From Candidatus Kuenenia stuttgartensis (GTDB taxonomy: Bacteria; Planctomycetota; Brocadiia; Brocadiales; Brocadiaceae): a DNA stretch of 32,000 nucleotides. Made by a program: the position numbers and the translations under genes. Under the pieces are notes generated by a model that was not told the origin of the DNA, made no database searches, and saw only the letters and a program-made list of their open reading frames with translations. Position 1 is the stretch's first letter. Each line of letters starts with the position of its first letter. Below are positions 16,309 to 25,470 of the stretch, one piece after another. Location of the stretch: NCBI RefSeq assembly GCF_900232105.1, contig NZ_LT934425.1, positions 2,700,001 to 2,732,000 on the forward strand. The letters run 5' to 3'.

Positions 16309-19300
16309 ATGTTTCGTTCTATCAGAATAAAATTAATATTTTTCTTCCTGCTGGCTGTCCTTACTCCATTGTTGGTGATGCGTCTTATCGCTTATCCCAC
16401 TGCACGAAAAGCTATCCATGAAACGACCATTAATAATTTACAACTGATTACCTCTAAAAAAGCTTTTCTGTTGAATGACCGGTTAAAAAAAATACGGCGA
16501 GATGCGGAACATCTCGCAAAAAACCCTTTTATGGCTGCTGCTGTTTGTTTAGCAAAAGCAGATAACACTACCACCACACGATTCGTTTCTCTCCTATCCA
16601 CGGAAAACAATTTACATGAATTTATTATCAGTGACATTGACGGTAATATTTGTGTGTCAACTGACGGTAGCATTATAGGGTTAAACATTGCCGGCAGTAA
16701 GGGTTTTCTCCAGGCAGGGGGTGGTGAAATATGTTTTTCAGAAACACCTCCTATAACTACATTTGATACACTTGAAGCACAAAACTGGCAGGCAATTTTT
16801 AACACATTATATGCCTACATACCAATAAAAGAAAATGGGCATATAGTGGGTATAGTAGTATTAAAATCAGACCTCTCTTTCCTCAGTAAAGAGATATTAG
16901 AAATACCACATGGAGATAATTACGCAGTACACATTATCAATAGGGAAGGGCAATTTATTGCCGGATTGGCTCCTGGAAAACTCCTCCACACTACAGGAAA
17001 TTTTGCCAAAGAAATGCCACTAAAAACCCTCCTGACAGAACCGGGAACAAACCAATTTACCAGGAGTGTAAAAGCATGTTTAGCCGGCGCTAATGGATAT
17101 GACATGATTGGTTATGTTAATAACGCCGGAAAAACCGTACTGGGGGCATGGCATTGGGTTCCCGAACTGCAGTGGGGTATTATTGTCGAAGTTGACGCAG
17201 ATAAAATATCTCTCGTTATGAATGAACTTAAGAATTCTATATCAAAAATACTTTCTTATTTGACCGTTGCAGGCATTATTATGGCGATATCGGGGATCGC
17301 ATTTGCTTTTATAACCGGCCAAAAAATAGGCACCCCCATTCTTACCTTAACAAAAGCAACTCGTAAAATGTCTGCCGGAGATTTTTCGCAACGCGTGGAA
17401 ATAAACACACGGGATGAAATACAGGAACTGGGAGATGCGTTTAATGTCATGTCAGCATCCGTTCAGGGAAAAACAACAGCACTGGAAGAGGCGACAAATT
17501 TCTTAAAAAGCATTCTGGTCAGTTCTACGGAACATTCAATCATTGCAAGTGATCTTTGTGGAAATATTCTGGAATTTAACGAAGGCGCAACAAGAATGTT
17601 TCAATATGCGCCGGAACAAATGATAAACAAATCAAATATAAAAATGTTATACACCAGAGAAGAAATACTGTCCGGAAAATTTCAAAAAATACTTAAATCT
17701 GCATTATTTACCGGCAGCTACAAAGATGAAATGAAACTGGTGCGTAAAGATGGAAAAACATTTACCGGATATACAACCATCACCAGGAGGAATTCTTTCA
17801 GCGGCTCACCAACAGGTTACGTAATAATCATAAGGGATATTACCGAACAAAAGTTACTGGAAGAAGAGGTCAATAATTATACGGTTCACCTTGAAAGAAT
17901 TATCGAAGAAAGAACACATAAATTAATCATCTCTGAAGAAAAATATAAACGTTTGTTCGAATCAAGCAAAGACGTCGTTTTTTTCTGTGATATAAATTGT
18001 CAGTTTGTCGATATTAATCAGGCCGGCATTGAATTGTTTGGTTATGACACAAAGAATGATATTTTACAACTCAACCTGATTCATCATTTATTTTACAAAG
18101 CGTCAGAAGGTAAAATAATAAAAGAAACCATAAACAAAAACGGTTATGTAAAGGATTTCGAAATAGCGTTAAAAAGAAAGGACGGCAGCAAAATTCCCTG
18201 TATGATGACCGGCAGCCTGAGAAGGGATATGCGGAACAACATCATTGGCTACGAAGGTATTATTATAGACCTGACTGAGTGGAAGAAGATTGAGCAGGAA
18301 AAAGATATCCTGAATAATATAAATAAAATATTAGCCTCAAGACTGGATATCAGAGAGGTTTATAAGTCCCTCAGCGAAGAATTTCACAAAGTAATTGCTT
18401 TTGACCGCTTAAGCATTGCATTGCTTGATGAAAAGAGGGTTGAATTTTTGACTTTCGCCGTTTCGAAAGATTATCGTTTTTCTGAATTGGAAGAGGGGGT
18501 GCAGTATTCTAAACAGGGTACACTGGCGGGAAAGGTGGTGGAAGACGGTGAGTTTTTTGTCGTTCACGATACTTCCAGAGGCCCGTTTTCAACAGACCCT
18601 ATTTTATCAAAGGAAGGTATTAAATCCCGCCTGTCGGTCCCTTTAATTTGCAAGGGAGAAATCATAGGAAGCCTTAATTTCGGAAGCAAAAAGGTAAACA
18701 ATTTTACAGAAGCACACGTGGATGTTATTAATAAGATTGTTCCGCAGCTAGCTATTGCAATTGACAATACACGCCTATTTGATAGAATCAAATACTCTGA
18801 GGAAAAATACAGAAATCTGGTAGAAGATATAGAAGACATCATCTTCCGTCTTGATAAAAACGGAAGGTTTATGTTCCTCAACAATGCATTAAAAAATGTA
18901 ACGGGATACCTCCCCCAGGAGTTTTATGATGCACCTTCTTTAGCATTTAAAATAATCCACAAGGATGATGTTGCATTGGTTAAGCATATAACAAAAGAAA
19001 TCATTGGCGGCAGAACAAAGGTATTTAAGGGTCTGGAATACAGGGTTTATTGCAAAAACGGCAAAGAACTCTGGTTTTCTCAAAACACATATCCTATAAA
19101 AAATAAGAACGGATGTGTGATCGGTGTTGAAGGCATTATACAAGACATTACTGAAAAAAAGAAAATAGAAGAGCAAATACGCCGTTCAGAGCGGCTGGCG
19201 TCCATTGGCGAATTGGCGGCTTCCATTGCCCATGAAATAAGGAATCCGCTCGGAGCAATATCAAATTCCGTCTGCATGCTGAAGAGAGATTTGGTTCTTA

Positions 19301-19890
19301 GCGACGATGATAAAAACCTGTTCAATATGGTTGTTGAAGAGACCGAGTGGCTGAATAATATAATTTCCAATTTCCTTACCTTTGCGCATCCCGCCGAATA
19401 CCATTTTACCAAAAGTGACATTGCAAAAATGGTTGAGGAGACATTAATTCTTTTGAAAAAAGACGCCAGGTTCAACGGGAATATCAGGATTAAAAAGAAC
19501 TATAGCAAAGCCCTTCCAAAGATATTTCTGGATAGAATCTGGATAAAAAAGGTATTCTGGAATTTATTGATAAACTCTATAGACGCCATGCCAAATGGAG
19601 GTGAAATCTCCATTAGCCTGAAAAAAACCGGAGTCCCGAATGATGATAAAATAGAAATTATCATTTCCGATTCAGGTATCGGCATACCGCCGGAAAGAAT
19701 TAAAAAGATCTTTGAGCCTTTTTTTACCACAAAAAAATCAAGAGGCACCGGATTAGGGCTCTCCATCGTACACCGCATTTTAGACAATCATGACGGTACG
19801 ATCGATGTAAAAAGCATACAAAACAGGGGTACAATATTTACAATCAGGCTACCGTTAAACAATAAGAAATCCCGCACCGTTTCCGTTTGA
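16309..19890 (+). CDS. Multi-sensor histidine kinase (TM - periplasmic Cache-like region - TM - HAMP - PAS - PAS - GAF - PAS - HisKA - HATPase_c)
   Basis: The ATG at 16309 gives MFRSIRIKLIFFFLLAVL, whereas the track start is a GTG at 16213. A second TM helix, ILSYLTVAGIIMAISGIAFAFITG, is followed by a HAMP-like segment. Three PAS-like blocks end in ...IIIRDITEQK, ...IIIDLTEWK and ...IIQDITEKK. Kinase motifs are H-box SIAHEIRNPL, N-box NLLINSIDAM, G1 DSGIGIP and G2 GTGLGLSIV. Confidence 0.9.
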   Translation: MFRSIRIKLIFFFLLAVLTPLLVMRLIAYPTARKAIHETTINNLQLITSKKAFLLNDRLKKIRRDAEHLAKNPFMAAAVCLAKADNTTTTRFVSLLSTENNLHEFIISDIDGNICVSTDGSIIGLNIAGSKGFLQAGGGEICFSETPPITTFDTLEAQNWQAIFNTLYAYIPIKENGHIVGIVVLKSDLSFLSKEILEIPHGDNYAVHIINREGQFIAGLAPGKLLHTTGNFAKEMPLKTLLTEPGTNQFTRSVKACLAGANGYDMIGYVNNAGKTVLGAWHWVPELQWGIIVEVDADKISLVMNELKNSISKILSYLTVAGIIMAISGIAFAFITGQKIGTPILTLTKATRKMSAGDFSQRVEINTRDEIQELGDAFNVMSASVQGKTTALEEATNFLKSILVSSTEHSIIASDLCGNILEFNEGATRMFQYAPEQMINKSNIKMLYTREEILSGKFQKILKSALFTGSYKDEMKLVRKDGKTFTGYTTITRRNSFSGSPTGYVIIIRDITEQKLLEEEVNNYTVHLERIIEERTHKLIISEEKYKRLFESSKDVVFFCDINCQFVDINQAGIELFGYDTKNDILQLNLIHHLFYKASEGKIIKETINKNGYVKDFEIALKRKDGSKIPCMMTGSLRRDMRNNIIGYEGIIIDLTEWKKIEQEKDILNNINKILASRLDIREVYKSLSEEFHKVIAFDRLSIALLDEKRVEFLTFAVSKDYRFSELEEGVQYSKQGTLAGKVVEDGEFFVVHDTSRGPFSTDPILSKEGIKSRLSVPLICKGEIIGSLNFGSKKVNNFTEAHVDVINKIVPQLAIAIDNTRLFDRIKYSEEKYRNLVEDIEDIIFRLDKNGRFMFLNNALKNVTGYLPQEFYDAPSLAFKIIHKDDVALVKHITKEIIGGRTKVFKGLEYRVYCKNGKELWFSQNTYPIKNKNGCVIGVEGIIQDITEKKKIEEQIRRSERLASIGELAASIAHEIRNPLGAISNSVCMLKRDLVLSDDDKNLFNMVVEETEWLNNIISNFLTFAHPAEYHFTKSDIAKMVEETLILLKKDARFNGNIRIKKNYSKALPKIFLDRIWIKKVFWNLLINSIDAMPNGGEISISLKKTGVPNDDKIEIIISDSGIGIPPERIKKIFEPFFTTKKSRGTGLGLSIVHRILDNHDGTIDVKSIQNRGTIFTIRLPLNNKKSRTVSV

Positions 19891-19904
19891 GGTTTTTAAA
19901 AATT

Positions 19905-22270
<2,366 letters not shown>

Positions 22271-22399
22271 GAGTAGAGTAGTATCCCCCCCAACTCAACT
22301 CAACGGGAGCATTCCCGATTTTTTGTAAAAATGCCATTAGCAGGGGGGAGGGGAAGAATAGTAACTCAAGCTTCCAGCTTGAGGGTAAAATACCACAAG

Positions 22400-22508
22400 C
22401 AGTCATCATGTTGCATTTGCAACACCCAGAAACGATGAAAATGGTTTTATAGCCATATCATATTGCGGTATCTGTGCTTGAGCTATTTTTTGTAGTCTTA
22501 CTTTCGAG
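22400..22508 (+). repeat. Direct repeat copy 1 (~109 bp) in the moaA-moaC island
   Basis: CAGTCATCATGTTGCATTTGCAACACCCAGAAACGATGAAAATGGTTTTATAGCCATATC... is about 90% identical by hand alignment (one indel) to 22867-22974. It contains the small hairpin GTTGCATTTGCAAC. Confidence 0.85.
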
Positions 22509-22597
22509 TCGGAAACATCTGGCATTTCTGTTTCTGTACCGGTTCAAATGTATAGGGCCATCCAAAAGGTCTCTGCTTGTCATTGTAGGGGGGGGCT

Positions 22598-22812
22598 CAG
22601 CTTGTCATTGCGAGGGTCTTTTCCGAAGCAATCAATATACTACGAGATATTTTGTGACATAAGAGGCCCCATATCGCGGGAGAAAGAAGCAAATTAAGGG
22701 TGGCTCAAGGGCTAAAAAAATAGAATTAATTAATGGAATGAATGCAGGATGGAAGGATCTCTATTACGGTTTATGAGGTTGCTTCGGAAAAGACCCTCGC
22801 AATGACAAGCTG
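22598..22812. repeat. 215-bp palindromic element with perfect 34-bp terminal inverted repeats
   Basis: CAGCTTGTCATTGCGAGGGTCTTTTCCGAAGCAA (22598-22631) has its exact reverse complement at 22779-22812. Extra partial GTCATTG / CAATGAC copies lie nearby at 22578, 22822 and 22846. Confidence 0.85.
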
Positions 22813-22866
22813 AAAAGATCATCGCAATAACAAAACGGATACCCGCGTAATGACAAAATGAGTCAT

Positions 22867-22974
22867 CAGTCATCATGTTTCATTTGCAACACCCAGAAAC
22901 GATGAAAATGGTTTTATAGCCATATCGTGTTGTATATCTGTACTTAAACTATTTTTTGTAGTCTTATTTTCGAG
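22867..22974 (+). repeat. Direct repeat copy 2 (~108 bp)
   Basis: See 22400-22508. Confidence 0.85.
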
Positions 22975-23039
22975 CCAGGATGTTTGTGGTACAATGTACA
23001 ATTAGTTAACCAAAAATCGGGAATGCTCCTGTTCAAACT

Positions 23040-23072
23040 ATGTCCCCCGCTGGCGGGGGTGCAGGGGGTGGA
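23040..23072 (+). repeat. Exact 33-nt GC-rich repeat (second copy of 9475-9507)
   Basis: ATGTCCCCCGCTGGCGGGGGTGCAGGGGGTGGA is identical at both loci. A related inverted hairpin, TCCCCCGCCAGCGGGGGA, lies at about 23165-23182. Confidence 0.9.
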
Positions 23073-23235
23073 CTGAATTTCTACATCGATTCAACTACCC
23101 CTTTATTTATGAAAACAATTTTGCCCCTCTTTCCCACGCTCCGCAGACAATTCCACACCCTTAATCCCCCGCCAGCGGGGGACAGGCTTGCCACATCCCT
23201 TGCTGCTTTAATGCCCTTGTGGGGTTGATACAGAT

Positions 23236-23356
23236 GCATTCCCGGTTTTTTGCGACACATCTGCCATGTTTTAATGAAACGTACAGTAGTATTAACCCCT
23301 GCCAGCGTTGTTTTCCCCTAATCACACAAACGGTTACAAAAAATCGGAAATGCTCC
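23236..23356. repeat. Small (~120 bp) element bounded by the GGAGCATTCCCGATTTTTTG-type inverted motif
   Basis: GCATTCCCGGTTTTTTG (23236-23252) faces TTACAAAAAATCGGAAATGCTCC (23334-23356). The same motif pair occurs at 22305-22328 (forward) and 23011-23029 (reverse). Confidence 0.6.
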
Positions 23357-23364
23357 TCTCCCCC

Positions 23365-23931
23365 CTATGTTATTTCAGCCTCGTTCTTTAGCTGTTTCCA
23401 TAGTGGTTCAACGCCTAATTTCTTTACCCAATATTCCATATAATTCATATCAAGTTTTCCAAATTGTACCTCATAAACTCGTAATGCGTCGGTAAATTGT
23501 TTTTCACTGCCGCCTGAAAGTTTTGCCCATCTCAGTTTGGCCAGGATTGTATCTTCAGGTTTTGAAACCTGCAGTTTTATCCCAAGAACTTCCTCGACAT
23601 ACCTTCGTGAAAAACGGGATTGGTCAAAAGGTTCATCGGTTAATATCCAGAAATCAACTTTATCGCCCTCTTTTACATCAATTATATTGAACATCTTTTG
23701 CTTGTTAATTGCATCACAGATACTGTCTTCATCTGCATAAAAATCAGGCGGTGAAAAAGACTCTATCAGTTTCTTTACCGCCGGTTTCTGAATAGCTACA
23801 ATTACATCTATATCGTGGGTAGAACGTGGTTCACCTTGCAGGCTTGAAGCAACGGAACCTGTTATCATGTACTGAATTCCGGCGTTTTTGAGCGCCTGAA
23901 TAACCTTTTTTAATAATTCCTGTTGTGACAC
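23365..23931 (-). CDS. Pol-beta-superfamily nucleotidyltransferase (putative toxin-antitoxin component)
   Basis: 188 aa. It has the minimal NTase signature ITGSVASSLQGEPRSTHDIDVIV (GS-x(n)-D-x-D). Its start overlaps the upstream small ORF by 22 nt. Confidence 0.75.
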   Translation of the reverse strand: MSQQELLKKVIQALKNAGIQYMITGSVASSLQGEPRSTHDIDVIVAIQKPAVKKLIESFSPPDFYADEDSICDAINKQKMFNIIDVKEGDKVDFWILTDEPFDQSRFSRRYVEEVLGIKLQVSKPEDTILAKLRWAKLSGGSEKQFTDALRVYEVQFGKLDMNYMEYWVKKLGVEPLWKQLKNEAEIT

Positions 23932-24125
23932 TTATCGATACGTTTCAAAAGTATTTTTTGAAATTCCTCATCTGAAAGATGCGGAAATCTTTTCTGCAAT
24001 CCATGAATAAATAGTTGCCTGGTAAATTCAGATAATTCAAATGCCTTAAGTAACCTTTTTTCAGGTGACATTTGACGAAGTACTTGAATATACAGCTTAT
24101 GATTCAGGCGCTCTTTTAAGTTCAT
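23910..24125 (-). CDS. Small helical partner protein of the nucleotidyltransferase (putative antitoxin/cognate component)
   Basis: The ATG at 24125 follows GGGAG. The 71-aa product is MNLKERLNHKLYIQVLRQMSPEKRLLKAFELSEFTRQLFIHGLQKRFPHLSDEEFQKILLKRIDKCHNRNY. From memory, this type of small protein commonly precedes such NTases in cyanobacteria and other phyla (not searched). Confidence 0.65.
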   Translation of the reverse strand: MNLKERLNHKLYIQVLRQMSPEKRLLKAFELSEFTRQLFIHGLQKRFPHLSDEEFQKILLKRIDKCHNRNY

Positions 24126-24418
24126 ATTTAACTCCCAAACAGATAACAACGCCTCTTAAAACTACCACAGGCATAAAATCCGCCGCTACCAAAAAATATC
24201 TTATCGGCAAAGAAGTACCTTACCATACCGGATAAACCTATCCGCGAATCCCATGATAATTGTAGGTGATTATAGTAAAACAAAAAAATATAATCAATCT
24301 GAAAAGATACGTATATCAGGTGTATCCAATGGATGACAATGACAGGCTCGATGTTGGTTAGAGCTGATAAAACAAAAGAACTTGTAATTTTCTTTGTTTT
24401 TGCTAAACTGACTGCCGG

Positions 24419-24616
24419 ATGGAAAAAAGCAATTTTCTATCATCTCCTATCATCTCATCGCATCTGAATTCCATGGACATCACTGCGGTTTGTGTAAAGG
24501 TTATTCAGGAGCAGCAGAATGCGATTGCAGCATTGTCCGCAAAAGTAAAAATGCTTGAAGATAAAATTCAAAATATTCAACATGAAGAGGAACGCAGATG
24601 TCTACTAATATATTAG
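24419..24616 (+). CDS. Hypothetical small coiled-coil protein (possible remnant of an S74-type intramolecular-chaperone C-terminus)
   Basis: 65 aa. The segment ITAVCVKVIQEQQNAIAALSAKVKMLEDKIQNI resembles the ...LIKAIQEQQ..I..L... tail of tail-fibre/endosialidase chaperone domains. The resemblance is weak. Confidence 0.3.
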   Translation: MEKSNFLSSPIISSHLNSMDITAVCVKVIQEQQNAIAALSAKVKMLEDKIQNIQHEEERRCLLIY

Positions 24617-24819
24617 CAAAAATTCAAAAAGACCTGGAATTCATAAAATCCAAATTAATTGTAATAGACAATGAAATTGAAGACATAAGTAATGACTTGC
24701 ATGAGGTTCGCCCAGAGTACATAAAAAAAATAAAAACGCTGGACAAAAGGGGGAAGTTTTCCCCCTTTTCCAGCGTTGATGAATTGCGCAACGAGATAGA
24801 ACAGGAACAAAACTTATAA
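24598..24819 (+). CDS. Hypothetical small protein
   Basis: 73 aa, acidic and coiled-coil (MSTNILAKIQKDLEFIKSKLIVIDNEIEDISNDLHEVRPEYIKKIKTLDKRGKF...). The ATG overlaps the previous ORF by 19 nt and is preceded by GAAGAGGA. Confidence 0.4.
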   Translation: MSTNILAKIQKDLEFIKSKLIVIDNEIEDISNDLHEVRPEYIKKIKTLDKRGKFSPFSSVDELRNEIEQEQNL

Positions 24820-24882
24820 AATTTATAGATTTTGACCATCACGACAAAATATATTGTAAAAAGTATTCCATTAAATAAAACT

Positions 24883-25362
24883 ATGACACAACTCACACAT
24901 TTTGACGAACAAGGCGCTTCCAGAATGGTAGACGTTGGCAATAAAGACGATACCAACAGGACAGCTATCGCACACGCAAAGATCTCCACAAAACCTGAAA
25001 CATTCCGCCTTATTATGGATAAAAAAATGCACAAGGGGGACGTGCTTGAGGTTGCAAGAATTGCCGGAATTATGGCGGCAAAACAAACTTCTCAGCTTAT
25101 CCCGATGTGCCATCCGCTCAATATTACCAGCGTTAAAATAGATTACAAAGACAATGCCGCAGACACCATTGAAGTTTTTGCAGAAGTAAAAGTCACAGGG
25201 AAAACCGGCGTTGAAATGGAAGCCATCACCGCCGCCGCCATCTGCGCAATTACCATTTATGATATGTGCAAATCTGCCGATAAGGAAATGGTAATCAGCG
25301 ATATCCACCTGGTAAAAAAATCCGGCGGTAAGAGCGGAACCTTTACCTTTGGAAAACAGTGA
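24883..25362 (+). CDS. moaC: Cyclic pyranopterin monophosphate synthase MoaC
   Basis: The track ORF starts at a TTG (24832). The ATG at 24883 gives MTQLTHFDEQGASRMVDVGNKDDTNRTAIA. It has KGDVLEVARIAGIMAAKQTSQLIPMCHP and TGKTGVEMEAITAAAICAITIYDMCK. The 159-aa length is typical. Confidence 0.93.
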   Translation: MTQLTHFDEQGASRMVDVGNKDDTNRTAIAHAKISTKPETFRLIMDKKMHKGDVLEVARIAGIMAAKQTSQLIPMCHPLNITSVKIDYKDNAADTIEVFAEVKVTGKTGVEMEAITAAAICAITIYDMCKSADKEMVISDIHLVKKSGGKSGTFTFGKQ

Positions 25363-25470
25363 CCGTTTTGTGGTTTTATTCCTGCTTTTCAACCACTGTA
25401 TACAGCTAATTTCGGAAAGCTGAATCGGATGCGACTACTCAGCGTAATTTATAACACGCCCCCTTAAATC

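Noticed and set aside
22400-22989. A CRISPR array or tandem repeat locus, suggested by the hairpin-containing direct repeats (GTTGCATTTGCAAC...).
   Set aside because: There are only two copies. The units are ~109 bp long and ~10% diverged, and they are separated by a palindromic element rather than by unique spacers of regular length. No cas genes are present.
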